Origin: Psychromonas sp. | GTDB taxonomy: Bacteria; Pseudomonadota; Gammaproteobacteria; Enterobacterales; Psychromonadaceae | DNA: 64,000 bases | Direction: 5' to 3' | NCBI GenBank assembly: GCA_047629075.1 | Contig: JBLHWW010000001.1 | Location: 2,261 to 66,260 of the forward strand | Shown: positions 1 to 10,639 of the stretch, in pieces | Layout: every line of letters begins with the position of its first letter | How positions within the stretch are numbered: the first letter of the stretch is position 1 | Made by a program: the position numbers and the translations under genes | Notes under the pieces: generated by a model | The model's database searches: none | What the model saw: the letters and a program-made list of their open reading frames with translations, nothing else | Told to the model about the DNA's origin: nothing

Positions 1-1170
1 GCCACGATGGTCAACACTTCCACGACCATCAACAACCGATCCGCCAGATTCTGATCTTTGTGAGTTTGTGTTTTGGTCTGTGATAGTCATTGATGAGGAT
101 TTATCAGTTAAACTCCAATAATCGCCCGAATACAATAAACTGATCGGTTGTTCGATGTAAATATTTAAAATGGATAATTTTCCATTTTTGCAAAACAGCT
201 CCACTTTTGATCGTACGTTATCTAAAGTAAACGTACTACCAAGATCTAAATTGCCCATTGTTTTTACTAAAGTTATAGGCCGGTCACTGTTTGAAATGGA
301 TAGTAAAACCCTTGCGCCCTCTTTACAATTGCTGATTGTGTGTAGCTGTGCAGTGCCTGTGCCAGCGTGATCAATCACGTGTGCAGAGCTAGATATAGTT
401 ATTGCACCACTAGCTACTAACAAATCAGCACCCGTTGTTGTAATATATTGTCCAGCATGGGATATGTCACCGTGACCGTTTATTTGGGCTTTAACAGTTT
501 CGGCATTGCTATTAATCGTAATTATTGGATCGTCATCCTCGACGCTAGTTGACGTCAAAATTAATGGCGCTTTGATCTGTGCGCTTGATGCTGCTATCCA
601 TTTAAGGCCTGATGAATGAAAAATTATAGAATTGCCCGGAGCAATGGAATGATCACCCTGAGTACTGGTACTGTTCGGAAATGTGGCAATGTAATTTACT
701 GTTGCTAAGACAGATAATATTGAATTTATCACTGTTAGCTGTATACCGTCGCTCCCAGGTACAGGCAGGGTGATAGCTGCATCAGCAGCTAGTGTATACA
801 ACACACTTTCGTAAATATCAACATCACTTAATGATAATGCCAGATCAATAGCAGGATCAATTACCTTTTGCCCGGCCCTTTGCTCTGATCCAAACTCAGT
901 GTCTACGCCGTTAGTAGTTATTATATACGTTCCTGGCGCTATATAAAAAGCAAAAACACCACTTCCATTAGCAACCGCGCCGGGCTGAGCTATTGGAGTG
1001 CTACCAGCATCATCAAGAAAAATAGGCGCTAAAAGGCCACTGGATTTAAATTTAACAGAGACTACAGCACCAACTATAACATTAGTATTGTCCGCATCTA
1101 AAGCGCCCGCACCAGCTGCCGGTTGGTCTACTTGTGCAATCACCGAAAATGACTGATGTATTAATGTCAA
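1..1170 (-). CDS. Tail fibre/spike protein, 3' end runs off the window (not in ORF track)
   Basis: Manually translated: TTG at 1170 overlaps the upstream TGA (TTGA); frame stays open to position 1 (MTLIHQSFSVIAQVDQPAAG...LAPIFLDDAGSTPIAQPGAVANGSGVFAFYIAPGTY...), resembling virion-anchoring N-termini; follows tail tip gene. Confidence 0.7.
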   Translation of the reverse strand, partial: MTLIHQSFSVIAQVDQPAAGAGALDADNTNVIVGAVVSVKFKSSGLLAPIFLDDAGSTPIAQPGAVANGSGVFAFYIAPGTYIITTNGVDTEFGSEQRAGQKVIDPAIDLALSLSDVDIYESVLYTLAADAAITLPVPGSDGIQLTVINSILSVLATVNYIATFPNSTSTQGDHSIAPGNSIIFHSSGLKWIAASSAQIKAPLILTSTSVEDDDPIITINSNAETVKAQINGHGDISHAGQYITTTGADLLVASGAITISSSAHVIDHAGTGTAQLHTISNCKEGARVLLSISNSDRPITLVKTMGNLDLGSTFTLDNVRSKVELFCKNGKLSILNIYIEQPISLLYSGDYWSLTDKSSSMTITDQNTNSQRSESGGSVVDGRGSVDHRG

Positions 1171-3731
1171 GATCTTAACCCTCGAATGTTTAAATTGTTA
1201 TCGCCACTTGTTATAGTAACAGTATTGCCGTTAGATACAATAGCAAAACCCTGTTGGCCGCCAGTTGAGCCAGGTTGATTATCGCCAGGCGCACCCCATA
1301 CCCCGCCGCTAGTAACTCCCACAGATCCGGGCGAGCCAACTGATCCATTTTGACCGTCCAGGCCCTCGTCAACAAACCCACTAGATCCATCAAGCTCAAC
1401 TGTTCCTTTTGAATGCCCATTGCCCCCGATGTAACCCTGACCACCGGACCCACCATTACCCGCAGTACCGCCAACGCTGGGCGTGTTTTGACCGACGGAC
1501 TTACCGCCACCAGCTGCGCCACCGCCCGACCATATAGCACCTGCTCCAACATTTATAGAGCAATCAACAGTTGCTACAAATACGTTACCACCCGGCAAAC
1601 CGTCGGTTCCAAGTTCTGTTTTGCTAGTGACAATAACATCAGCTGCTTGAGGTATCAGCAACTGCCCACCTGCGCCACCACGACCACCCGCGCCAAACAT
1701 TGAACCCCTAATGATAAACTCAAAAGTGACACCCGGCGCTTGAGACCCAGTTGTAAATGCATTGTGCGCGGTTGTAGTCGCACCAATCACAACGCCCGTA
1801 TCAATTAATATTATGTAGTTCCCGGCTGGTGGGGAGTATTCAGACGATAGATCATAATTTTCTTTATTTGCATCGATAATAAAATCAATGGTAACGCCCA
1901 GCAATGGATCTTGAAATAAACGAGCAACGCATTTGTACTGCATATTCCCCATGTAAGACAATGATATCAGCTGGTAATTTCTTGATCTCGTAGTTCCATC
2001 TAATTCCACACGCTGATCTGATGAAATACTAACAATAGTCCCCAATTCTAAAACGCTGCCCTGAGTCACACCTACGCTAGTAACGTCTAAAATAAAATCA
2101 ACTTCAACCGGTATCTCAACAGATCGATCTATAACTCGTTGAGACATTGCAGCGCCAATAGTGACGTCATTGTTTGATGTCGTTAGCCAATTGTTGAAAA
2201 ATATTTCTTTTTCGTTTACATCACCTTTTTTCGTAGGTGATTCAACGCCAACCTCAACTGCACTAAACACAATTGAGTAATTTTCTATGCCGCTGTCTTT
2301 TGTAATGTCGTTAGATGCCCATGCTACAGGGTGTCTTGTATATTGCTGCTTTGGTTTTCTTTTAAAATTAAGGCTTCTGGCTTTGAAATGTTCATTATCA
2401 TTGAGCGATATGACTCCTGCCGATGCATCGGTAACCGGTTTAATCCTGATCTTGCTGGCCGTTGAGCTGTAAAACATTGTTAGATCACCAATTTTAACTA
2501 ACTCATTGATTAACTTTTTTATGCTGGTAGGTTTGCTTATTATGCGAGTTATTAAAATACTTGAGGTAGCATTGATGGCATCAGTGTAATTATCAAAAAA
2601 ACGGGTAGGTATAGTAGTTAGATTCATTATAGTTTGAATTATTACAACAACATTTACTTGTGCAAACTCAAGGCATTGTTGAACTGTTGAGTTTATTTCA
2701 TGATCAGTTATTTTTGTCCCACCAATGCCGCGCTCAATAATGTTCAGCACAAAATCACTAGCAACGGTAACCCTGATAACCTCAGAATCGATCCTTATTG
2801 CAGGGCTAGAGCCGACAACTCCGTAATCTAGTGCAGGCGCTGAGGTGTACTGTATTGTTGTACTAGCACTAGTTATTTGATTGCTAACAACAGTGCCCAA
2901 AGATTTTGCAGGAGCTTGAGCTTTTGTTTCTTCGGTGAGCATTAACGGATCCAAAAGGCTTAGTGTAGCAACATTTTTTTCGCTAAGTTGAAAGTCATCA
3001 ATTAGGTACTCGTCAGTTTGGTAATTATTAAGATTAAAGTTTTTCGGATCAAATCCAACGTGAGTTTTGACCGGTCGACCTTCAAAATATGGGTTTCGAA
3101 CTTCAAGTTTGGCAAATAAATTTGAAAGGTTTGTGCGCCTGCCAGGGTACGGCACGTAGCTATCATAATCAGTATCACTTTGTATTGTGATATTTGCGCG
3201 AGCACTGCTTCCCATCGATTCGCCTGGGTCAACTTTAGCGCCAGATGGTCTATAATTTAAAAGTCCTGAATGGTATTTTTCGCCCAGCGGGAGCGGACAC
3301 GATGGAAATCTAAACGTTGTCGATAGACCCTCTAAAAATGAATCCGGAGCGCTACAAGTTTGAGGAAATGATCTACAACTTCCATCAACTTCTCCGGAAT
3401 GTTTTATTATCACTGATCCTGCTGAATGACTTAAGTTTACTGTGCCAAATTTAGATCTACCGTCGATCTGAATGGTTAAATTGTCGATAATTGTTACACT
3501 AATTAACTCATCATCCCACAATATGTACGGGTCTGCGTTAATAAAGTTGATAGGAGTGCCACCCGTAACAGCTATAGTTACAGCAGTTGCACTAGATGAG
3601 ATTGCTGAGGATGTAGTGATAGTGCCATCAATAACCGATTGTGCGGTAGTGTGTCGACATTTATCAAGCAATATATCCACTATTTCAGAGATTGCCTGCC
3701 CTGACTGCTCTTTTAATAAGTCAAACGTCAT
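1167..3731 (-). CDS. Tail tip / baseplate hub-like protein with Gly-rich C-terminal domain
   Basis: 854 aa, two genes after tape measure; Gly-rich C-terminus (GAGGRGGAGG, GNGGSGGQGYIGGNG). Confidence 0.7.
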   Translation of the reverse strand: MTFDLLKEQSGQAISEIVDILLDKCRHTTAQSVIDGTITTSSAISSSATAVTIAVTGGTPINFINADPYILWDDELISVTIIDNLTIQIDGRSKFGTVNLSHSAGSVIIKHSGEVDGSCRSFPQTCSAPDSFLEGLSTTFRFPSCPLPLGEKYHSGLLNYRPSGAKVDPGESMGSSARANITIQSDTDYDSYVPYPGRRTNLSNLFAKLEVRNPYFEGRPVKTHVGFDPKNFNLNNYQTDEYLIDDFQLSEKNVATLSLLDPLMLTEETKAQAPAKSLGTVVSNQITSASTTIQYTSAPALDYGVVGSSPAIRIDSEVIRVTVASDFVLNIIERGIGGTKITDHEINSTVQQCLEFAQVNVVVIIQTIMNLTTIPTRFFDNYTDAINATSSILITRIISKPTSIKKLINELVKIGDLTMFYSSTASKIRIKPVTDASAGVISLNDNEHFKARSLNFKRKPKQQYTRHPVAWASNDITKDSGIENYSIVFSAVEVGVESPTKKGDVNEKEIFFNNWLTTSNNDVTIGAAMSQRVIDRSVEIPVEVDFILDVTSVGVTQGSVLELGTIVSISSDQRVELDGTTRSRNYQLISLSYMGNMQYKCVARLFQDPLLGVTIDFIIDANKENYDLSSEYSPPAGNYIILIDTGVVIGATTTAHNAFTTGSQAPGVTFEFIIRGSMFGAGGRGGAGGQLLIPQAADVIVTSKTELGTDGLPGGNVFVATVDCSINVGAGAIWSGGGAAGGGKSVGQNTPSVGGTAGNGGSGGQGYIGGNGHSKGTVELDGSSGFVDEGLDGQNGSVGSPGSVGVTSGGVWGAPGDNQPGSTGGQQGFAIVSNGNTVTITSGDNNLNIRGLRS

Positions 3732-4540
3732 TAAGCATATCCATTAAATTCAAACGCGATTGTTGTGTATAGTCCACTAGAATATGTTGGATGCCTTAAT
3801 TTGTCGGGGTCCTGTCGACCAAATATAACCTCATCAAGGCTGTTGTTCCATTTAAAGAATGTTGCTTTTGAATCAATCACGTGGTTTTGATATTCGTCCC
3901 ACCACAAATTAACACCGCTGAAATCAATATAATCAAAAGATCCCTTAGCCTCATGGCCCTTTAATTCTCGCCGTCCTTTTACAAAATTATTGCCACCAGA
4001 AGTAAAGCCAATCGCTTTATCTTGTAATGCAGTTTTGCCAGGCTGAAAACCCCTTGAGGGCGTTCTGGGAAACTGAATTGACTCACCAATATGGATCGCG
4101 CCGATATAGCATTTAGATGTAAAATTTAATGTTATACGTTGCTTATTACCAGTGATCTGATCAAAACACAATAAAAACGGCTTGTTATCAGTTAGCGTAT
4201 TAAATGTTGCCGCAATTATATAACCAGTGCCTGGATCAACCTCAACTTGACCTGTTAAACCCGCTGTGCCGCCGTTATGAATCGCTATCCCGACGTAATC
4301 AATAATAGATGCATCCGCTTGAACAAACTCAATAACAACTGATCCGCTCGTTGCTAACGGGCTGTATTGTGTGGCGTCTTTATTGTCGTGTGAGTTGATA
4401 AATAAATACTCGGGGTCTTCAGCCTGCCCACTTACAGAGGATATTGGGATCGTATTCCTAAAGCCAAATACCGAAAAATCTTTTGTTTTACTGGCTTGCG
4501 CAGCTGTCAGCTGTGACTGTACGACAATACAATTTGACAT
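3731..4540 (-). CDS. Minor tail protein (distal tail position)
   Basis: 269 aa directly downstream of and translationally coupled to tape measure. Confidence 0.6.
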   Translation of the reverse strand: MSNCIVVQSQLTAAQASKTKDFSVFGFRNTIPISSVSGQAEDPEYLFINSHDNKDATQYSPLATSGSVVIEFVQADASIIDYVGIAIHNGGTAGLTGQVEVDPGTGYIIAATFNTLTDNKPFLLCFDQITGNKQRITLNFTSKCYIGAIHIGESIQFPRTPSRGFQPGKTALQDKAIGFTSGGNNFVKGRRELKGHEAKGSFDYIDFSGVNLWWDEYQNHVIDSKATFFKWNNSLDEVIFGRQDPDKLRHPTYSSGLYTTIAFEFNGYA

Positions 4541-7500
4541 TATGTTAGTACGCCCACTCTAGTTAATTCGGTCTGTGCGTTTGTGATGTTTATTATCGTG
4601 TCATCATCATTTGATAGCAAGTCCTGCAATTGCTCTCTAGTCATAATAAAGTTTTCTGGCGCTCTAATGTCAATTATTCTTTGCTGATTGGGTTGATCAA
4701 CCGCTTGCTGAGATGGCGAGCCGGATCCAGATGGGGAGCCTGATCCAGATGGGGAGCTTACACTACCAGCCGATCCTAACGAAGATCCTTTTATAGCTGC
4801 AAATAGGGCTGCGCCCTCTGTAGCAACTATAGCCGCGTAACGTAAATTTGCCGGAAAAGGGTTATCTAGCGCTTTCGCAACCGCCGAGGCTATGCTAACA
4901 ATGCTTGATGATATTGCAACGGCTTTTTGTATTTTAAATGAATTTTTACCAAAAGTTGACAATATTGAAAGTAACGATGTAGCTGCTGATTGGGAATCAT
5001 TAATTTCTTTCATTTTGGCGGCTCGCTTGATTTTAGCCTCATCAATGGCCGCTTTTTTTCTAGCCTCAGCGCTCTTTAATTCTATTTCCGTTAGGGCGTC
5101 TTGGAAAACCTGATTATCAGTGATCTGCAATTCTCGAAGTGCCGCTATTGCCTGCCGTTTTGATTCCTCATCATTTTGAAGTCGTTCTAGTTCGATCTGG
5201 AGATCTTCCTCTTGCCTCGCAAGTCTTGTATCCCGTGCCATAATTAGCGCGGCTTCCTCATCTGATATAAATCCAAGCTGAGCGGCTAGTTTAAATGCAA
5301 GCTGATCTTGAAGTGCTGACTGTTCATTTTTCAGGTCATCAATAAAAGATGACGGGTCAGATTTTGTTTTGCTAATATTATCCTGTAAAACTTTAGCTGC
5401 TGCTAAATTTGCAGCGTTAAAGTCGGCGGTGACTGCCGCTTTTGAAACCTCGTCATCTCTCAATTTTTTTATTTCAGCGTCAAAATCAGCTTGTCTTTTT
5501 TGACTCTTAATAGCGAATGACTGCACAAGCCCTGCTTGTTCTTCAGTAAAAAACCCTTCACTAACGCCTTTCCTAAAAAGTAGCTCTTGATTTAACAGTC
5601 GAGTTTCTTCAATTAGCAATTTTTGGAATTTAGAATCTTTTCGAGTTTTTGGCGCTTCTTTTACATCTGCCGTCTGCTCATCCAGACGGATTGTTGTTAT
5701 AACCAATTGTTTGGCTGATATTGTATTAAGCTGATCTTCAAATTTTGCAACCTGTTCGAAAAGCCCCAGTATTTCGTCTGAGTTTTTTGCTACAGCAATT
5801 AATTCACTAATCCCCTGTGCGATTTTAGCAACCCTAATTTCATCCTCAGTTCCTGTAAACTCGATTTTTTCAGATTTAGTAAATTCATTAAGTTTCTCTC
5901 TTGAAATTGAGAGTTGCAAGTTTATTTTTTTAAACTGATCTTCGAGTTTTTTGGCCTCTGCTAATTGAGCACCATCAGACATTCGCACAAATGCAGCTGT
6001 TATTTTATCAATCTCTTCAACCGTGATTTTTGCTTTTGGCTTTATATTATCTTGAGAGTCAATAAAGGTTTTCATTGCTACTGCTGCAATTATTAAAACG
6101 CCAATCGGCCCACCCAAAAATGACATTGCAGTACTCAACCCTGCGGTTGCTGCTGTTGCTATTCTAGCCGCTACTGTATGCGCTCGCTCTGCTATAGTTA
6201 GTCTCACTGTTGCCGCTGTTGCTGCGGCTTTCGCTGAAGTCGAGACCTGGCTTGCAGCTGTTGAATTTCGATCAGCAATTAAAAGATTTGCTTTAGCTTT
6301 TGTTGCTATAACCTCAGCCGCAGAAAGCTCTTTTGTTGCTAGGGTGTTTGCCTTTTTTGCCGCTGCTAGGCTCCTTTCTGCTACCGATAGACTATCCGTA
6401 GTTACTTTGCTTTTTACTTTTGCCGTTTGAGATAACACCTCAAACTCTGCTGATTTTTTCGTGGCTTGTGCCGTTGCCAGTCTAGATTTTGCCTCTGCCA
6501 CTGTTGCGGCTGATAGTGTTTTTGATGCTTTTGCGCTAGCTAAAGTTTGATTTGCTGCGTTGCGTTTAGATCCATCAGCCTTTATTATTGCCGCGCTATT
6601 TTCAGCAATTGCTTTTTTTTCTACCCCTTGAGCTATGGCAAAATCTCTAGTAGCTACTTGTGATTTTCTTGAGCTATCTGTTAATTTAATTTTTGCTTTT
6701 TCGTTGGCTTTTTCGGATCTGGTGAGGCTTTTTGTTGCAAGCCCTAATTCTTTTGTTGCTGATCTTTGATCATTCTTAGCTTTACCAAGTGCGCTCTCAG
6801 TTTTGCCTAATTTTCTTTTTTCTTTTTCTGATTTTACATCTGCACTTGCAGCGTTAAGGGTTTGTTGAGTTTGGTTTTTTGTTGAGTTTGCAGCGCTTAA
6901 TGTTGTTGCGGCTTTGTGCTGATTAGCGTCTGCTGTTGCAAGTATCGCCGCTGTTCTTTGTTTTTCTGCCGCTGATAATCTTAATTGTTGATTTGCTAAA
7001 TTTGCGGCTGCTGCTGCATCAGCCAGCTTTGTACCTGTGCTGGTTATTGTGGCTTTGGCGCTAGCTATTGTAGCTGCAATGTAGGCTGTTATTGATGGGA
7101 CAACCCTTGCTAACATCACAGAGCTAAGAATTATTGCACCATTTACTAATACGTCAATATTCTCAGACGCTGTTACAAACGCAGCACCAAACGCGGCAAC
7201 AGTAGTTTTAACTACCGTTGAGCTGCCGATAAAGGCAGTTGCGTTGGTGTTTGCTATTTCAACATTTTGACCGAATGTTTTAACAGAATCCGCCATTTTT
7301 CGATCAATCACGTCTGCTGCCTTATCTAATGCAATGGCAAGCACTTTGGCGCTAATACCGCCAGTAGCGGCAAAATCCCTAAGTTCGCCTTGAGTCATTT
7401 GCAATTCACGCTGCAAGGCTTGCATTATTTCCGGCGCATTCTCCGCAATTGAATTAAATTCATCCCCGCGCAATACGCCGGAGCTAAAAGCTTGTCCTAA

Positions 7501-7968
7501 CTGAGTAATTGCTCCTCTAGATTCAGCCGCTGATTTTCCTAACACTGAGAAGCTTTTTGATATGGTTTCTGTAAGCCTTAAATTTCGCTCAGTAGAAAAG
7601 CCAAGTTCTTTAGTTGAACTTGTTAATTGAGCATAAAGCTCTGAGGTTGCAACCAGTCCTGTTCTTGCGCGGTTAGAGACTCCAACTAAATCCTCAGTCC
7701 TTTGAGTTAATTCTGCCGTTGAGCTTGTTGTTTGTCGTAGCTGATTTTGCACTTGCGTAAACGCATCTGCATACTCTATTACTTTACTAGCAACAAGCGC
7801 CGTAGCAACACCAGCTGCTACTTTGCTCATTACCATAAACTCAGATGTGGCGCGGTTGGCTGAACTTCTGAGGTTTGTTACCCCTCTATCTAATTGGCTT
7901 ATTCCTCTCTGCGCTCTGTTTGTTCGCAGCTCAATTTCAATTATTTCTCTTACAGTTGCCAAAATCAC
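4540..7968 (-). CDS. Tail tape measure protein
   Basis: 1142 aa, Ala/Lys-rich helical; N-terminal tape-measure motif (AITQLGQAFSSGVLRGDEFNSIAENAPEIMQAL). Confidence 0.95.
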   Translation of the reverse strand: MILATVREIIEIELRTNRAQRGISQLDRGVTNLRSSANRATSEFMVMSKVAAGVATALVASKVIEYADAFTQVQNQLRQTTSSTAELTQRTEDLVGVSNRARTGLVATSELYAQLTSSTKELGFSTERNLRLTETISKSFSVLGKSAAESRGAITQLGQAFSSGVLRGDEFNSIAENAPEIMQALQRELQMTQGELRDFAATGGISAKVLAIALDKAADVIDRKMADSVKTFGQNVEIANTNATAFIGSSTVVKTTVAAFGAAFVTASENIDVLVNGAIILSSVMLARVVPSITAYIAATIASAKATITSTGTKLADAAAAANLANQQLRLSAAEKQRTAAILATADANQHKAATTLSAANSTKNQTQQTLNAASADVKSEKEKRKLGKTESALGKAKNDQRSATKELGLATKSLTRSEKANEKAKIKLTDSSRKSQVATRDFAIAQGVEKKAIAENSAAIIKADGSKRNAANQTLASAKASKTLSAATVAEAKSRLATAQATKKSAEFEVLSQTAKVKSKVTTDSLSVAERSLAAAKKANTLATKELSAAEVIATKAKANLLIADRNSTAASQVSTSAKAAATAATVRLTIAERAHTVAARIATAATAGLSTAMSFLGGPIGVLIIAAVAMKTFIDSQDNIKPKAKITVEEIDKITAAFVRMSDGAQLAEAKKLEDQFKKINLQLSISREKLNEFTKSEKIEFTGTEDEIRVAKIAQGISELIAVAKNSDEILGLFEQVAKFEDQLNTISAKQLVITTIRLDEQTADVKEAPKTRKDSKFQKLLIEETRLLNQELLFRKGVSEGFFTEEQAGLVQSFAIKSQKRQADFDAEIKKLRDDEVSKAAVTADFNAANLAAAKVLQDNISKTKSDPSSFIDDLKNEQSALQDQLAFKLAAQLGFISDEEAALIMARDTRLARQEEDLQIELERLQNDEESKRQAIAALRELQITDNQVFQDALTEIELKSAEARKKAAIDEAKIKRAAKMKEINDSQSAATSLLSILSTFGKNSFKIQKAVAISSSIVSIASAVAKALDNPFPANLRYAAIVATEGAALFAAIKGSSLGSAGSVSSPSGSGSPSGSGSPSQQAVDQPNQQRIIDIRAPENFIMTREQLQDLLSNDDDTIINITNAQTELTRVGVLT

Positions 7969-8264
7969 ACCTTACTATTTGTTTTGGTTATCCGGTTAAT
8001 TTCGTCTAAAGTGTATTTTTCGTCTAGTTTGCGGATAGCGTAGATAAATAAATCATCGGGATAACCCCCAGCGCCGTTAAATTGAATATGAGACCTAATT
8101 GATGATTCTTTTATGTCCCGTGGCATACGGTCTATATAATCACGCTCTCGACTAATATAATTAAAAGATTCAATTAATTTAGCCTGTTTTTTATTCAGAT
8201 TCGGTTTGTTGATAAAAAACTGATCTTCGATGCCTGCATGTTTATATTGGTCATAAAGCAACAT
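7965..8264 (-). CDS. Tail assembly chaperone extension (gpT-like), reached by -1 frameshift
   Basis: In the -1 frame relative to 8300..8689 and open from the A AAA AAG slippery site at 8306-8312. Confidence 0.8.
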   Translation of the reverse strand: MLLYDQYKHAGIEDQFFINKPNLNKKQAKLIESFNYISRERDYIDRMPRDIKESSIRSHIQFNGAGGYPDDLFIYAIRKLDEKYTLDEINRITKTNSKV

Positions 8265-8299
8265 TTCTTCCGCGCCATAACCGCAATTGGCCCGGTAAT

Positions 8300-8689
8300 C
8301 TAGTTCTTTTTTATAGTTTCGATGTCCCTATCAACTTCATCATGTAAATAGTTCCCGTAGCTAACCGCATGATTAATTAGAATAGCAATAAAACTATCCT
8401 CAAGCTCTGGGTTTAATAATATTCTAGTCAAGTTTTGCTTGCTAAATTCGCAGCCCTCGATCTCACCATCCCAACCGGTAACGCCGTACTCAACAAGCCA
8501 GTGAGCCACGGTTTTGTTAAAGTTTTCGTTTCTATGATTGAAATCGTAGAGTTTTCGCCGGACCTCTGTCATTTCAATTTCAGATTGATGGACGCCAAAT
8601 CGACGGATATAAATAATCACGTCCTCAAGGTAAAGTGGCGAACCCTTTTCCCTCTTTTCGGTGTCTTCTCTGTATGCTGACAAGTCCAT
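8300..8689 (-). CDS. Tail assembly chaperone (gpG-like)
   Basis: Between tail tube and tape measure; ends ATA AAA AAG AAC TAG. Confidence 0.85.
   Translation of the reverse strand: MDLSAYREDTEKREKGSPLYLEDVIIYIRRFGVHQSEIEMTEVRRKLYDFNHRNENFNKTVAHWLVEYGVTGWDGEIEGCEFSKQNLTRILLNPELEDSFIAILINHAVSYGNYLHDEVDRDIETIKKN
8306..8312 (-). other. Programmed -1 frameshift slippery site A AAA AAG
   Basis: Canonical X XXY YYZ heptamer at end of chaperone; -1 frame reads KELDYRANCGYGAEEMLLYDQ into 7965..8264. Confidence 0.85.
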
Positions 8690-9880
8690 TTAGAAATTCC
8701 TGAAAATATGAACTGTACTTTCAAGGGTTGTGTCTTCTTCCGCCGAATAGGTCATTGAATTTGAAGAAACGGTATTTGCCCCATTGGGCATAGAATGCTC
8801 TGTGATTTTAGCTGCTAAAATATCAATGATCATCCACGTACTATCAGGCCACTCAAACAAGATAGCAATCGATTTGTTTGTCTGAGACTCAAAAATTCGT
8901 TTCCAATTAAAGGTATCAGAAACTACCGCCACAGTTTCAATAGCGCCCCCAACTTCGATGCTATCACCCATAGCGTAGGAATTTGTGTTGCAGCCCGCAG
9001 ATAGATCAATTTGATAGCTGTTACTAAAAGAAAAATCGATGGACTTTACGCCGCAATTAGCAGCAACACCGTTTACCATCATTGGCCTTACAGTATCTGT
9101 AGCCCCGGCAGATTCGCTTGTTTCGTTCGCCGTATCAGTCTGCCCGGCTATAGATAGGGAACTGGAAACTACCTGCTCTGCTTTCATTGCTAAAGTTCCA
9201 GTTACAATGCCAGACACAGGAATAGAAAAAGAACCAGTATCAATAAATGCATCAATAAACGTTTCGTAATTGACATCACCGGCTATTGATTTGTCTGTTG
9301 TCCTGTTTTGAACTGTTAAATAGGTCTGGTCGGAACCATTAGCGGTTTTTGAACTCTCGATTGTAACGGATGGCCCCTCAGCCTCAGTTGCCACAGGTGG
9401 AGTATAGGTGACAACGTCGCCATTACTGTTTTTAGTGAGAACTTTATATTTGGTGTTGTTTGCAGAGTTCGTCAATCCGATAATGTTAAACCAATCACCG
9501 GCTACTATATTAGTAAATGCTGAATTGCCCGAATCAACAAATCCAACACTATTTGCAGATAAAGTGCTCAGTGTTACACCGTTATTAACTTGCGTACCGT
9601 GTATGATGGCATCAAGAAAAATTGCAGTCTGTTTGTTTAACTCAAAGTTTATCTCCCCGGTATACTCTGTAGTGTCCTTAATGTTGCTCTTCCCTTGACG
9701 GCGATTCGACACTGCCGAGGATTGAACGAAGGAAATTACGGGTTTAAATACACCATCGACGCGCAAATGAGCTTTACTAAATACTGGGCTAGTGTTAATA
9801 ACCCCTTTGTTCGTCTGTAGGGAAAAGTATACGCTAGTATCACTACTTGCCACTCGTCTGTCGGTAACTATAGTCGCCAT
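8690..9880 (-). CDS. Major tail tube protein
   Basis: 396 aa, Ser/Thr-rich beta-type; position; motifs YTGEINFEL and IEVGGAIE. Confidence 0.8.
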   Translation of the reverse strand: MATIVTDRRVASSDTSVYFSLQTNKGVINTSPVFSKAHLRVDGVFKPVISFVQSSAVSNRRQGKSNIKDTTEYTGEINFELNKQTAIFLDAIIHGTQVNNGVTLSTLSANSVGFVDSGNSAFTNIVAGDWFNIIGLTNSANNTKYKVLTKNSNGDVVTYTPPVATEAEGPSVTIESSKTANGSDQTYLTVQNRTTDKSIAGDVNYETFIDAFIDTGSFSIPVSGIVTGTLAMKAEQVVSSSLSIAGQTDTANETSESAGATDTVRPMMVNGVAANCGVKSIDFSFSNSYQIDLSAGCNTNSYAMGDSIEVGGAIETVAVVSDTFNWKRIFESQTNKSIAILFEWPDSTWMIIDILAAKITEHSMPNGANTVSSNSMTYSAEEDTTLESTVHIFRNF

Positions 9881-9882
9881 GT

Positions 9883-10287
9883 TTAAATGCCTTCAAAGTA
9901 AAATTTTACTATTATTCGAACTGTGTACCAGGATTCAAACTCACCAACAATATCTATTTGAGACTCCTGACACCGTGTATTTCCGAACGATTGGTTTTGA
10001 AACGCTGTTTTTAATAACTCAGCGTCCTGTAATTGCAGTTGATCAAACTGACCTTTCGGGTAATTGATGCTGATCGCAAAATCACCGTACGTTCTAGTGT
10101 ACTCGCCACCAGCCTCGACATTATCCTTAGTCCGAATAATGATTACAGGCCAGATCCACTTTTCGTTTACAGTTGCAGTAAACGGCGCGTTTGGGTACTT
10201 TACCCTTTGATCTGTATATCCAGCTGGCAAGTTTGCTTGCAGTCGCAAATAAAGATCAGAGGAAGTTAAAGACAGACTATCGGGCAT
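9883..10287 (-). CDS. Tail terminator-like protein (DUF4128-like)
   Basis: VKYPNAPF...G.FAISINYPKGQ...IVKFY pattern; position before tail tube. Confidence 0.7.
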   Translation of the reverse strand: MPDSLSLTSSDLYLRLQANLPAGYTDQRVKYPNAPFTATVNEKWIWPVIIIRTKDNVEAGGEYTRTYGDFAISINYPKGQFDQLQLQDAELLKTAFQNQSFGNTRCQESQIDIVGEFESWYTVRIIVKFYFEGI

Positions 10288-10639
10288 TTACGATCCTAGC
10301 TATTGCGATTTGAACGAACCGGGCGGGCGCTTGTAGGCTATGCCCATCGTTTAATTTTGGCCCGTAGTCTAAATTGTTGGTAATATAAATTGAATCAAAA
10401 TCATCACCTAAAACCGACCCACCCAGCAAAATTGCTTGAGCCTCGGATATGGCTTGTGGTGCCCGCCGATTATGATCAGTTTTAGTTACGCGGTTATCCA
10501 TCCCAACGTACCAATTTCCTCGAAACCTGCCCGTATCGACTGGGGATACAATGGTAAACTCAGTTAGCAACTGCAAGGCCATTTTTCTTACTTCACGGTT
10601 GATATTACCGGTTAATTGAGCGTGAAACCTGCTAGCCAT
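10277..10639 (-). CDS. HK97 gp10-like tail completion protein
   Basis: SPVDTGRFRGNW ... IYITNNLDYGPKLNDGHSLQAPARFV motif. Confidence 0.85.
   Translation of the reverse strand: MASRFHAQLTGNINREVRKMALQLLTEFTIVSPVDTGRFRGNWYVGMDNRVTKTDHNRRAPQAISEAQAILLGGSVLGDDFDSIYITNNLDYGPKLNDGHSLQAPARFVQIAIARIVNAR

Noticed and set aside
4715-4757. 18-bp SGSGSP repeats near the tape measure C-terminus
   Set aside because: Ordinary low-complexity linker
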